Notes: generated by a model not told the origin, from the letters alone. A stretch of DNA of 63,031 bases, filler included, from Octopus bimaculoides (GCF_001194135.2; 7 parts of 5 records of this genome joined end to end with filler, not necessarily neighbours in it), one strand, 5' to 3'. Positions 49,576 to 63,031 are shown, numbered from the whole stretch's first letter. Program-made: numbers and translations.

Positions 49576-50701
49576 TCCTACGCCTTCTTAGCATTTACAC
49601 ATGATCGCATAAATCAGAAAAATCTAGACGTATCGATGGGAATTGTTCGTGTTACTTGGAACAACACCAATCCAGTTTTTCAAGGGAGCGCTGTTGAAAT
49701 TGAGAACTGAAAAGGCATTGCAAGTAAATCTATTCCCTGCTATTCTATATAGTGTCAATGAAAGTTGAAAACCCTTGTTATTGAGAAATATTCCGATACA
49801 TCAAGGCACAGAAATGGGCTTTCTATTAAGTGACACTTTGGGCAGAATGTCTTCTAGCATAGCCATTGGTTGAGCAATACTTTGTGGATGGAATCTATTA
49901 TACTGAAACTGTGAGGAAACCCATCTTCTGTGTGTGTGTAAGTGTGTATCGCTAGTGTATATGAATGAATGATATACACATCGTCTGCAAAATTGAAAAC
50001 ATTGGTGCTTTGTGGATGATATCTTTTGAGAGAGTCTGCACTAAGGTACAAATTCTTCTCTATCACTCTTATCGCCAGAAATCTTGTTAGGCTTGTTGAA
50101 AATCTGAAACTAACGACGCTATTGTTCGCAAACTGTGATATAAAATGAATGTGGAAGATAATTTCGGTCTTATTAGCCCTCATCAGAAAAGTGATAACTT
50201 CAACGTACATGACGAAGTGGTGATGAGAGAACCACTAAGCACTTGTACATTTTTTACTGTTAAAAATCTCATTTTTATCTAGAATAAAAAATAAATGAAC
50301 GTTGCAAGATTCATGTTTTTCAAGGTTATTACGAGTGTCAGTTAAGTTGAGACAGCTTCTCTCGGTTATCGAAACTTCATCACCAACTCTATCTCATTGC
50401 GAAATTCCTCATTGTTCTACGGTGATCTCTACTAAAGTAATATAAGAAGCGATTTTCATCATAGGCAAAAATACAAAACTACACATGGGAGAATGACGAG
50501 TCGATTTAATCGCCCCACTTCCCTGTACTTGACTGATATTCAGTTAAGCTGACTCTGTGAAGTACGTGTGTATTTGAGTGTCAGTTAAGTTAAGAAACTC
50601 AACAACCATCCGTCTACCAAATTCCGATTAGAAGTTTTTGTCTATAGCAGAAGATACTTTACCAAAGTGCTATGCCACGCGATTATTGCTATCTATTACC
50701 T

Positions 50702-51145
50702 TGTAGTGAAACCTCTCTCTCCGGTATTTAATTACAAATGATAACGTAGCGGCTAACATCTAGCTTTCGGCCGCTTGGACCGCTGTGTCCACCACCCTGA
50801 TTGGTTCTTATTTGCGCGGCATTTGTCAACAGTTCTGTTTCGCGCCAAGGTGCATGCCGTCCAATCGTGGCCTTCTGTTAAGGTCACGTGAGAGAGGGGT
50901 TTTCTGCTTTTCCGGTGAGCCCTTTTTCATCTATAAATAGCCCTGTTTTACCCACGCCAGTTTGTCTCGGCTTTAGACTTCTCACAGGTCTAGTCGCAGA
51001 CCACACACGAACACAGCTCCAGCCAGTTTTCCAGCGACGACGTTCAACCCCACCAATCTTATGTCATATTACATGTTTTTTGTGTCGACCGTGCGACACG
51101 TTTAAAGGAGCCATCTCCTTTGGTTCGCACGGTCGTTCTATTACA
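50702..51145 (+). mobile_element. Solo LTR (444 bp, TGTAGT...ATTACA), 4-bp TSD ACCT
   Basis: ACCT at 50698-50701 and 51146-51149. TG...CA termini. Related to 17102-18280. Confidence 0.9.
50861..50939 (+). promoter_or_regulatory. LTR promoter: CCAAT (50861), E-box GGTCACGTGA (CACGTG 50885), TATAAATA (50932)
   Basis: Same order and spacing in the sister LTR (17312, 17335, 17382). Confidence 0.6.
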
Positions 51146-51577
51146 ACCTCTTTGTGATTGCGGGGATGGAGTGGGGAGATTAACTCTGTGCTGTTTATTC
51201 AGAGATACCTACTTACAGCAAGACGGACCTAGTCGGTGAGGAGTTTTATTATTGGTAAAAACAACGCAACACCAGTGATAGGATACGTACCGATATCATC
51301 CTGGTGAGTTATCTACCGGCCTACTCCAAGTTCGAACTCAAAACCACACGGTTGTGGAATTTATCAACAGTCAAGCTTGTGCCAAAAGGAAATTACTTTT
51401 AACTGCATGTAAACTCGAGCAGGAAAGTGGAGTTAACAAAATTTATATTTTGAAGTGGGCGAAATACAGAAGGAAGATGAAGCAAAATACTGAATTTGAT
51501 GACATAAGAGGGGCACCTCATGTTCAACAAAAATAAGAGTTTTTACTACATTAATATATGTAATATCTAAAGCAATC

Positions 51578-51800
51578 TAGAGCTGCAAAATGGCAGAATC
51601 GTTAGCACGCCGGATAAAATGCTTACCGACATTTCATCCGTCTTTACGTTCTAAGTTCAAATTGTGCCGAGGTCGAATTTACCTCTCATCTTTTCGGGAT
51701 CGATATAATAATTACCAGTTGAGCACCGGAATAGATGTAATCGATTTAACCCCTCCTCCGAAATTGTTGGCCTTGTGCCAAAATTTGGAACCAATATTCA
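51578..51800 (+). mobile_element. SINE family A
   Basis: Head, central module and TGTGCCAAAATTTGGAACCAATATT tail. Confidence 0.85.
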
Positions 51801-51944
51801 CTGTAATCTACATGTAGAACCCAGGATTTTTTTTTCTTGTATAACACTTCTTACTGGAAATAAATGCGTTTTATATGCCATCAAATATGGTCATTTCCGG
51901 TCCTCTTATTGTTGCTTGTCTCAGAATGTTTAATTAACAATGGG

Positions 51945-52155
51945 TACATGGAGAATGGTATACGTGTTGTGCAAGAGTATGTTGCTATATTCCCAAGATA
52001 AAGACCTCGCTTCATCTGAGAATACATAGAGGCGTGCAAACATCCCTGAAAGTTTCATCCGAATCCATCCAGTGGTTCTTGAGATATCTTGTCCATGGAC
52101 AAACGAACACGACTGAAAACAATACCTCTGCCTTAGCGAAGGCGGAGGTAATAAA
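51945..52155 (+). mobile_element. Non-autonomous element end with terminal hairpin (Helitron/Helentron-like)
   Basis: TACCTCTGCC-TTAGCGAA-GGCGGAGGTA stem-loop at 52123-52150, preceded by AAGTTTCATCCGAATCCATCCAGTGGTTCTTGAGATAT. Confidence 0.45.
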
Positions 52156-52664
52156 CGATGAAATATAAATAAAATTTAAAAAAGAAATTGGACAACTAAT
52201 CGTTCCGAAGCATTCTTTTCAAGGGACCGGCACTATCATTTAAAAAGTAGGAAAAGGACGAACCCGAGACTTCTGGATACCCTACATACGGTAGAGCTTG
52301 CATATGTAATGGTGTGAATTGAAAAATTTCGATGAAGATTAGATTATACGTGCATTTTGTTGACAAAAACTATCATGTGTATAAAATCTAAAAACAAGCA
52401 AGGACTAAAATCGAATAATTGAAATGAATGATGTAGATAAGTGTGAATATTGCCTTTATTATCAACTGGTGAAGATGGACATATTTTGATTTTATTACAC
52501 CTCATCAGTTGACAAGATTTAGAGAAGAACGTTGTGTGTGTGTGTGTGTGTGTGTACATATATCGTTTATCTTTTATTTGTCTTCGTCATTAGACTGCGG
52601 CCATACTGGGGCACTGCCATGAGGAATTTTGGTCGAACGAATCGACCCCAGTACTTGTTTTTTA

Positions 52665-52920
52665 AGCCTGAGATCGCTTTAGGAGTTGTAAGTGGTGCCG
52701 ATAGATAATACAGGACTCTGAGCCGTCCGAGACGGTGGTCAGAACGAAGGTTTTGTATACACTGATTTTGGTTTCATACTTCAGGTAGTTATTATTCCAG
52801 ACTGTTTGCCTTGACCAGTCTGTTATCGACTTCTTTATCAATTTTGGCATCCTAAGTAGGTGAACTGGTTGATATGTCTTTAGTTCAGTCTCTCCGAGGT
52901 GATATCCTTGCTGTGATGCG
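52665..52920 (-). mobile_element. RTE-clade LINE fragment
   Basis: VWNNNYLKYETKISVYKTFVLTTVSDGSESCIIYRHHLQLL matches the RTE post-RT region. Confidence 0.7.
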
Positions 52921-52923
52921 GGC

Positions 52924-53187
52924 TGTTATGTTTTCCTCAGATGACTCGTAGAGATAACACAACGAGTTGTACAATTTAATTATTACATTTATTATTCAAT
53001 TACATACAAAGAACGCACTCACCCAATATTCGTTATGAATAAACAAAAGTCATGTCCGCCATATTTATCTCAATGACATTTTACTACCACAGTCACACAA
53101 GACAACAACAATGAAACAATGAACTCAGACGAACCACATGACACACGGAACGTCAGACGAATTATATATCTAACAGTCCATATAACA
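52924..53187 (-). mobile_element. Probable solo LTR (264 bp, TGTTAT...ATAACA)
   Basis: 6-bp inverted termini, AATAAA on the minus strand. TSD cannot be checked because the right flank enters a gap after 2 nt. Confidence 0.6.
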
Positions 53188-53289
53188 CGNNNNNNNNNNN
53201 NNNNNNNNNNNNNNNNNNNNNNNNNNNNNNNNNTTAATTAATTAANNNNNNNNNNNNNNNNNNNNNNNNNNNNNNNNNNNNNNNNNNNN

Positions 53290-53367
<78 letters not shown>

Positions 53368-54884
53368 TATGTATATATATGTGTGTGTGTGTGTGTACAT
53401 ACACGCATATATATATTAAATGCTTACATATATGCGTATACTTACATATATTACATATGCATGCATGTACGCATGTATGTATACAACTATACTTGTATAC
53501 ACGCAGGCACACACATCCACACACACATTAGGATTACCACCACAAAGTTATGATGTGAGTTGTGGCGTTATAGAGGCAGGCAAAGAACAAACACCTGCAA
53601 ATTTTAAATAATATGTTAAATATTTAGAACAACGAAACCGGACATAATGATTCAGCACTATGGCCTTGTTTATTGTTGCCATTAAGATTCTCCATTAGAT
53701 TATTTAACTTTATGCTTACTGAGTCAAAATGACTAATGTATTCGTGTTTTTTTCTTAAATTAACTAAGACAACTTAGTTACAACGACAAAGATATTAATT
53801 TAATATAATAATAATTATTTGAAGAGAACACATTGGAAATGTCTCTAACGTTAAGGTTATTTTTATATTGATAGATTCAAAAGGTAAATTGATAACGTTT
53901 ATCATACTTAAGTGGTTTCTGTTTTGAATTTTTTATTCACAAATACGCAAACTCTTAATTTTATCTTCTTTCGAATCCCCACTCCGTTTACATTATATGT
54001 ATAGCGTTGAAATATGTATGAAAGTATGGTAAACATAAGAATTGGGGGGTGGGGACGCACGTTTAGCCTTTAGATATTTATAAGTAAATGTTGTATATAC
54101 CTGCTTAAACTAGAAGTTATTTTCTTTGTGGCCAGGAGACAAGATACATTACAGAAGGTTTAACTCTTATTCAAGCCTCTTCAGAGATCAAGTTACTCGA
54201 TCCTAATAGTTATTTAATGTAAACGTATACTGAGAGAGAACTAGATGGGCTTGTTAAATTTGCACGGTAGTGCAAACTTTGGTAATCTGAATTAATAGAT
54301 TAATTAAGTGATTTCCAACGAGGTTTTAATTAACAGATCGATCTATTTGGCCATGGAAAAGTAATGGGTGACTTAATCGCGGCAGCTTATTTTTTCACTG
54401 CCAGGTGGAATATATGGTCATCAAAAACATAAGATCTTACATTAATAATCTTACTTCTGATGCTGTGCTGTAATTCTATTAAATAATTAATTCAATCTCA
54501 TTTATTTAAACACTTTAATCCAACTTAACCTTCTATGCAGTCTTGATTGCTTTTAGTCGCTATAAAACAAAATAATTATAGTAGACTTTGTGTTAATAAA
54601 CAAGTACAAGACAGAGTATGCTAGGACTGCAACTCGTTGTTGCACCTGCTGCTGCTGCTGCTGCTGTTGTTGTTGTTCTTCTTCTTGTAGGGGGTTCTTG
54701 TTATTGTCGTTGAGTTGTTGTCGTTACTGGTGCTGCATATGGTATTTGTGTTGTTGGGAGGTTTGGTGTTATCGTCGTTGTTGTTTAGTCCCAAATCAAA
54801 CCTGACTGAGTTGACCTAAAATCAAAGAAAGTCTAAACATGCCCATCCCTGTTGCATTGTTAAAAATTCTTTTTTTAAAATTTT

Positions 54885-55190
54885 TTTACTCGTTTCAGTC
54901 ATGAGACTACGGCCATGCTAGGCATCACCTTAATGATTTCATTTGAATTAATCAACCCAAGTACTTTTTTTTAAATTTTTAAGCCTGGTAGTTATTCTTT
55001 CGATATATTTTGCCGACCTCCTAAGTTACAGGTACGTAAACATACCAACAGTGGTTGTCAAGCGATGGTGGGAGACAAATACACACACACGCACACGCAT
55101 ATATATACGATGGGCTTCTTTCAATTTACGTTTACCAAATCCACTCACAAGGCTTTAGTCGGAACGAGGCTAAGGTAGAAGGCACTTGCC
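54885..55190 (-). mobile_element. SINE family B
   Basis: Tail and CORE-like part on the minus strand. Confidence 0.8.
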
Positions 55191-56680
55191 AATTTTGTGT
55201 CTATAATATCTAATCCGAAAACGGTTGAACATGAATTGAGGGAAATTTGAGAATTATTTCTTAGAAAGACTGGGCTTGCAGGGTTTAATTAAGCGCACTA
55301 ACTGACTTCTGCTCGGTTATTAGGCGTTTTCTTTTTGTTTCATGACATAAGACCTCCTAGACTACAATGGATGGCACCAAGGTCTTATATAGCAGGCTGT
55401 AACAACACGATCCCCTCATATATGGGGTTACACTGTGTCCTCGCATAACAGATTGTAGTCGTATTGTAACTCCAGAAATAGTCACTCCATAGCAAGGTGT
55501 GATAGCTCCAGAATAGTCACATGACAGAGCATAATAGTTCCAGAATGGTAACCACATGGAATAATACGATGGTCGCAACATAACAAGGTGTAGTATCACC
55601 AATATCGAACCACTCTATCATTACTATGGAAAGTGTCACTATGGTCATCTTTATACCAGGGTGTAGTGGTATAAGGTTACCGTATTTCTTGACACTTCCC
55701 TACTTGAGCCTCTTGTCATCTTGTCTCTGGACAATTCATATTGTCCGCAGCACGTTCCTCTCTCTGACACCACTCTCAAATACTTTTATTTTATACTCAT
55801 TATTATGTTTATTATTTCCCTTTCAATCACTTTTAGTTTACTCTTTTTATCATACACTTCTCTTTCTTCTATCTCCCCTCAATCACAAACACACACACTT
55901 ACATACACAAACACGCACACACACATACACTTTCTTTCTCTTTCCCATTTAAAGGTAGTCCATCAATTATGTTTGTTTTTACACTGTCATATCTGTCACA
56001 CTAGTTGAATCTTCTTCACAGTATGCCTATATACATACATGCATATACTTATGCATTCATATATACTCACACACATATATATATGTGTGTGTATATGTAT
56101 ATATATATNNNNNNNNNNNNNNNNNNNNNNNNNNNNNNNNNNNNNNNNNNNNNNNNNNNNNNNNNNNNNNNNNNNNNNNNNNNNNNNNNNNNNNNNNNNN
56201 NNNNNNNNNNNNNNNNNNNNNNNNNNNNNNNNNNNNNNNNNNNNNNNNNNNNNNNNNNNNNNNNNNNNNNNNNNNNNNNNNNNNNNNNNNNNNNNNNNNN
56301 NNNNNNNNNNNNNNNNNNNNNNNNNNNNNNNNNNNNNNNNNNNNNNNNNNNNNNNNNNNNNNNNNNNNNNNNNNNNNNNNNNNNNNNNNNNNNNNNNNNN
56401 NNNNNNNNNNNNNNNNNNNNNNNNNNNNNNNNNNNNNNNNNNNNNNNNNNNNNNNNNNNNNNNNNNNNNNNNNNNNNNNNNNNNNNNNNNNNNNNNNNNN
56501 NNNNNNNNNNNNNNNNNNNNNNNNNNNNNNNNNNNNNNNNNNNNNNNNNNNNNNNNNNNNNNNNNNNNNNNNNNNNNNNNNNNNNNNNNNNNNNNNNNNN
56601 NNNNNNNNNNNNNNNNNNNNNNNNNNNNNNNNNNNNNNNNNNNNNNNNNNNNNNNNNNNNNNNNNNNNNNNNNNNNNNNN

Positions 56681-56742
<62 letters not shown>

Positions 56743-57891
56743 GATGCACATATATATATATGTATATGTATATGTGCTTCTATGTATGTATATACATATA
56801 TATACATACACTCATACATACACGCATTGACTTACGTTCGCACACAATTTGCATTCTTCTGTCTCTCTCTCTGTCATTACCATAGACAGAACATGCGTGT
56901 GGCAGTGTTTCACAACCTTATTTTTGAGTCTAAGGGATTTTTCTCTTCTATCTGTGCATATTTACACAGACTATAAGAGTACAAATAAGAGAGAGTGTGC
57001 GCATGCGTGCATGTGTGTGCGCGAAGGGTGAAGGGTCGTTAATTTGCATTTTCTTTATTTGAAGCGTTTCAATTTCACGTTCATTTATGCGCAATTAAGC
57101 ATTATAGAATCTCACTCCGCCACATTACCTACATTTCAGTGGCCCCCGTTTGTAAACGACACCTCGAGAAACACCATCCTAACACACCTCTTCTTCTTCT
57201 TCTTCTTCTTCTTCTTCTTCTTCTTCTTCTTCTTCTTCTTCTTCGTTATTATTATTATTATTATTATTATTAGCATCAGTGGCACAAGTGACAATGAGAA
57301 ACGGACAGGTGCTGACAGCCGCTCTCTCATATCTCCACGCACATACACAAACGCCCGCGCGCATAAACACACACACAAACACACATATGTACATGTATAT
57401 ATANNNNNNNNNNNNNNNNNNNNNNNNNNNNNNNNNNNNNNNNNNNNNNNNNNNNNNNNNNNNNNNNNNNNNNNNNNNNNNNNNNNNNNNNNNNNNNNNN
57501 NNNNNNNNNNNNNNNNNNNNNNNNNNNNNNNNNNNNNNNNNNNNNNNNNNNNNNNNNNNNNNNNNNNNNNNNNNNNNNNNNNNNNNNNNNNNNNNNNNNN
57601 NNNNNNNNNNNNNNNNNNNNNNNNNNNNNNNNNNNNNNNNNNNNNNNNNNNNNNNNNNNNNNNNNNNNNNNNNNNNNNNNNNNNNNNNNNNNNNNNNNNN
57701 NNNNNNNNNNNNNNNNNNNNNNNNNNNNNNNNNNNNNNNNNNNNNNNNNNNNNNNNNNNNNNNNNNNNNNNNNNNNNNNNNNNNNNNNNNNNNNNNNNNN
57801 NNNNNNNNNNNNNNNNNNNNNNNNNNNNNNNNNNNNNNNNNNNNNNNNNNNNNNNNNNNNNNNNNNNNNNNNNNNNNNNNNNNNNNNNNNN

Positions 57892-57945
<54 letters not shown>

Positions 57946-58632
57946 CATGTATATATATATGCATGGATTTATACATTTATACACGCAGTGAGCCTGAACC
58001 CGGAACCATGTGGTTGGTAAGCAAGCGACTTACCACACAGCCACTCCAGCGCCTCTATGTATTTGTATGCGCATATGTAAATATATGTATATATGAACAT
58101 ATGTATACACATGCTCGACACTCTCTTTACATTTGTTTGTGTGTGCGCTTGAGTATGTGTGTATCTATGTGCGCCTGTGGCTTTATTCTTAGTGTGTGTA
58201 AGTACATTATACATTTTAAACGTCCATGTATGTGTTCTCTCCTACTGACATGCGCATTTGTGATTATTCGTGGGCTAACCTAGTTGTTTGTCTATTTGTG
58301 TTTCTCAGGGTACTATTACCGCTCTACGTGAGGAAATCCATGCGAGATCAGCTTAGCCAGAAAGACACACCTTACAATTTCCCAGGCTTCCCGCAGTAAA
58401 GATGTTTGTCAGGTCGTTCATTAGGGAACCTCCTTGACCAACAATTGTAAATTGCCACTCTTCTTCATCTTAAGCCTGCATATTTGCAGTTTATTACTGA
58501 AAAGGCAAGAACTGTTCTTCTCTTACATGGTGACATGATGCATCCATCATCTATTTATAATAAACAAGCAACTTTAGTCTGTAGCACTGAGTTTGTTAGG
58601 TACATGAGTACGTGTGTTCGTGCATGTGTGTG

Positions 58633-58677
<45 letters not shown>

Positions 58678-58714
58678 GTCTGTCTGTCTGTCTGCCTGTC
58701 TGTCTGACTGACTG

Positions 58715-58776
<62 letters not shown>

Positions 58777-58781
58777 CATCT

Positions 58782-58880
58782 ATGGTTAGGCGATCCGTTT
58801 GCTGCCAACACCCGTTAAAAGGAGGACTGGGCATGCCGTGGTTGATGATGCGCAGACACGCGCTGAGACTGCGACATCTC
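58782..58880 (+). mobile_element. L1/Tx1-clade LINE fragment
   Basis: [32 protein letters not shown] (GGLG.P.L motif downstream of RT). Truncated by a scaffold spacer. Confidence 0.5.
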
Positions 58881-59529
58881 NNNNNNNNNNNNNNNNNNNN
58901 NNNNNNNNNNNNNNNNNNNNNNNNTTAATTAATTAANNNNNNNNNNNNNNNNNNNNNNNNNNNNNNNNNNNNNNNNNNNNTATATATATATATATATATA
59001 TATATGTACGCGCGTGTGTGTGTCTGTGAGTGGCTTAATATCGTGCGTCTAGCTCTAGTCCCCACTTCGTAGCTACTACCCTTTGGTTACCACTACATGA
59101 ATTACTCAGTATGGCTGACAATGCAATAGTTACTATCGCTTTTTAGCTTTGCAGAGCAATCTACTGTCTACCTAGATACTTCTATATACCAATTTATACA
59201 TCACTATTAGAGTACATATATTTCGTTGACTAACTATCTACAACTACAACCACAATTATTTTTGTTTAGCTATTTCAATTTCTTTAACGTCATGATATCA
59301 ATAACCATTGCCTTTCTAATGAACCTTGTATGCTAAACATTGCATGCAAATGCCTGTATGACTATATATGTGTAGGTATTAAAATATTACTAACTCGCTG
59401 AGTATCTATCTATGTATACTGGACACTATATAAAAAATGTGAAAGTAACTACAGCTCAAAAATCGGTATCGTTTTTCGTGATTTAAATTTTGGGAGACGC
59501 AAGAGGTTTTAATATATGCATGCATCACT

Positions 59530-59962
59530 GAAGGCGGTGAGCTGGCAGAATCGTTAGCACGCTGGACGAAATACTTAGCGGTATTTCGTCTGCCGTTACG
59601 TTCTGAGTTCAAATTCCGCCGAGGTCAACTTTGCCTTTCATCCTTTCGGGGTAGATAAATTAAGTACCAGTTACGCACTGGGGTCGATGTAATCGACTTA
59701 CTCCCTTTGTCTATCCTTGTTTGTCCCCTCTATGTTTAGCCCCTTATGGGCAATAAAGAAATAAGAATCGTTAGCACGCCGGGAAAATTGCTTAGCGACA
59801 TTTCGTCCGTCTTTTCGTTCTGAGTTCAAATTCCGCCGAGATCGGCTTTACTTTTCATCCTTTCGGGGTCGATAAAATAAGGACCAGTCGAAAACTAGAG
59901 TCGATGTAATCAACTTACCACTACACAGAAATGAATGGCCTTGCGCCAAAATTTGCCACCAG
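59530..59962 (+). mobile_element. Two tandem SINE family A copies with different 3' tails (59530-59765 and 59765-59962)
   Basis: First copy ends TTTAGCCCCTTATGGGCAATAAAGAAATAAG; second ends GGCCTTGCGCCAAAATTTG. Confidence 0.88.
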
Positions 59963-60320
59963 TATATACGCATCAATGTATGCATAGTACATCTCCCTCC
60001 GTGGCTATGTGGTAAGAAGTTTACTTCCCAAGCGCATTGCTCCAGGTTCAGTCACGTTGTGTGGCCCCTGTAACAAGTGTCCGATCATGGCCGCTGTCCA
60101 ACGATTAAAACAAAAAAAAAGTTATATATGTATAATAGGATTGTGTGTAGTAGTAGTATTTTAAGTAGTAGTAGTAGCACTTGGTATAAGTTCTTTATCT
60201 GTGTTAACCTCTACTTCGAAATGACCGCACAAGCACAGGAAGTCAGATTTAGCAGACTTAAATTATGTATGTACAATGATATACTAGTGACCTACTACTA
60301 ATAGATATCTCAAGGTGTAG

Positions 60321-60353
<33 letters not shown>

Positions 60354-61603
60354 CGTGTGTTCGTGTGTGTGTGTGATATAATATACATATGAACGTGTGG
60401 GTATAGTATATATATAATATATAATATATAAACATAGGCATATACATGTACCTACGTATGTCTATACACGCATTTATACATCATTTCATATTATAGACGC
60501 ATGGGTCTAGAGTTTTGGGGAAACGATTCAGCAAAATCTCATAGAACGTGTGTATGTGCATGTGCTAGTGTGCATGTTTAACAAATATACATAGCGTATA
60601 TACATTTATCTACATTTATACGTGTGCCCGTGTTTTTGCTCGTATATGTATGTGTATGTATCAACACACGCACATACAAGCACCAGCGTGCACACACACG
60701 TACACACACACACAACACATGTATAGATGTTTATGTGTAAGCGTGATGAGTTGGTTTATGTGCTGATATGATTCTACAGAGGATGTGATGTATGGTCCGT
60801 GACCATCGTAAGTTAAACAGGCTAGTGTTGAAAATCAACTAATTCGAGAGCATTGTTTAATCAAAGAAATAGCCAGAACGAACGACAGACAACGGAACCA
60901 TTCCTTTGTCAGTGCATTCGGCTATTGACAATTAATATTCTCCCCAATAAATGTCACTTTTTAGCTTCTACGCATTGCTGATTTCCTAGCGACAAAAGTT
61001 CCTCTCAACTTTTCTAATGTTTCCTATCGTTTGCAACTCAACTATTCTAGTCTCCATATGAATAGTGTATGTGTGTGTGCATATGTGTATTTGTGTGTGC
61101 GTGCGTGCGTGCGTGCGTGCATGCGTGCGTGCGTGTGTGCGTGCGTGCGTGTGTGTGCGCGCGTATACACGTGTATGACTGCCTAAGTGTGTTAATGCGC
61201 GTGTGCAGGGAGGGGCAGTGGCTGCATCTTCTGTTTACACCACTTTCTNNNNNNNNNNNNNNNNNNNNNNNNNNNNNNNNNNNNNNNNNNNNNNNNNNNN
61301 NNNNNNNNNNNNNNNNNNNNNNNNNNNNNNNNNNNNNNNNNNNNNNNNNNNNNNNNNNNNNNNNNNNNNNNNNNNNNNNNNNNNNNNNNNNNNNNNNNNN
61401 NNNNNNNNNNNNNNNTATATATATATATACATACATACATACATACATACATACATACGTACATACTTACATACAAACAAGCATAGGTACATGCATACAT
61501 ACATGCATACATACATGCATACACACACACATATATACAAACAAACATACATACATACATACAAACATACATACATACATACATACATACATACATACAT
61601 ACA

Positions 61604-61637
<34 letters not shown>

Positions 61638-61971
61638 CATAAGTACGTACGAACATACAAGCGTGTGTGCAATGTAATTTACGTATGTAAGTATATGTAT
61701 TACATATGTGCATGTGTGTGTATGTATGTCTGCATTGTGCCTTATGTCTATATCTACATTATAACGATACATTTATGTGCTGCTGTACGTGTGTGCATTA
61801 CTGTGTATTTATTCATCTTTATATACAAAAATAAACCGCTTATATTTTGTTTCCCATGAATGGCCTATTATATTATGTGTCTGTGTTTATGTATGTATGT
61901 ATGTGGGTAGGTAGGCTTCCGTACATACAAGTAAATATATGTACTATGCATGTATGTATCTATGTATATGC

Positions 61972-62028
<57 letters not shown>

Positions 62029-62419
62029 CATTCATATATACAAATATACGTATATACATATATGCATATATATGTATACATATGTATCATGTAATCAGCT
62101 ACACACACACGTTCACAAGTACGTATATGCATGTGTGTGCATATGTATGTCAGCATGTTTGTTTACGTATATATATGAACAAATAAACAGTGTACTTAAG
62201 CAAAATATATTAAACGTTGCCTCTGTTAACGCATGATGTGAGGGTTGCAAATTTGACAAATATGAACACAAATAAATAAATAGCAATAGTCATGTAAATT
62301 ACATTTGATATATGCATACACACACACGCGCGCATAAACACACACACCACATAAAGATACTCATACACACATACATACACGCATGTATGTATGTATGTAT
62401 GTATGTATGCATGTGGTTT

Positions 62420-62612
62420 CTAATTTTGGTACAAACCCAGCAAATTCGAAGATAAATCCACTGCATCGACCTCAGTACTTAACTGGTACATATTTTATTG
62501 ACTCGGAAAGGATGAAACGCAAAGTCAATCTAAGCGAAATTTGATCTCAGAAGCGACGAAATGCCGCTAAGCATTTTGCCCGGCCTGCTAAATATTCTGT
62601 TAGATCGTCGCT
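62420..62612 (-). mobile_element. SINE family A, diverged (only minus-strand copy seen)
   Basis: Reverse complement of head and central module. Confidence 0.7.
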
Positions 62613-63031
62613 TTATGTATGTATGTATTTATGTATGTATGTATGTATGCGTGCATGGATGCATGTATGTATGTATATGAAATAGATAGGTGTACGCAAA
62701 ACGCACTATTGCGTTAAGTATGGTTAACTGCTTTTTTTCTTGGAATTAATGGCGAATAACAATTGACTCATATTGGTCTTTTCTTGGAAATAAAAATTGC
62801 TATTTATCTCTATGCCTATTCTTTTCTATCTGCTGGCTTAATTTACTTGGGGTTAGTACCCGCCAGGAAACAATATTAAATCATTTCCTACGACACAACT
62901 CTTCCGTTTAGTCCACTACCTTACATCATTCCCCATTTTGGATTCTTGCACGCAAAACCGCATACACTGAGATGTATATGTCTGTGCGCGCATGTGTGTG
63001 TATATATATATATATATATGTGTGTATATAT

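Noticed and set aside
49854-50210. 118-aa minus ORF containing FADDV (RT-like)
   Set aside because: No other RT motifs at the right spacing, and it includes microsatellite-derived sequence. A single short motif is insufficient.
52460-52512. CTGATGA on the minus strand with nearby inverted repeat
   Set aside because: GAAA is replaced by AAAA, and the only good pairing consumes the core itself. Not a hammerhead topology.

Overview
AT-rich, gap-riddled animal genomic scaffold, about 63 kb with many N runs. The SINE repertoire and microsatellite density look like an Octopus (coleoid cephalopod) draft assembly; this is inference. One host-gene segment is supportable: a 922-nt terminal coding exon (47772-48693, +) encoding a TLC (TRAM/LAG1/CLN8)-domain membrane protein. 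Its upstream exon(s) were not located. The rest is mostly repeat-derived: at least four tRNA-derived SINE families, a near-full-length but disrupted RTE LINE (37728-40900, -), many R4/Dong-clade LINE fragments in trinucleotide microsatellites, a mariner relic and a mariner MITE, three solo LTRs (two with verified 4-bp TSDs), and micro- and minisatellites. Six N44-TTAATTAATTAA-N44 blocks are artificial scaffold joins. The most interesting signal is a set of minimal type I hammerhead ribozyme (HHR) motifs with palindromic helix III, from several unrelated repeat families. The best copy (11535-11578) has a U3-A8 compensatory core and closes a 304-nt tandem unit that starts at the predicted cleavage site. 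This is a retrozyme / Penelope-pLTR-like architecture. All coordinates were read by eye; repeat ends are approximate to about 10-20 nt unless a TSD or TIR is cited.
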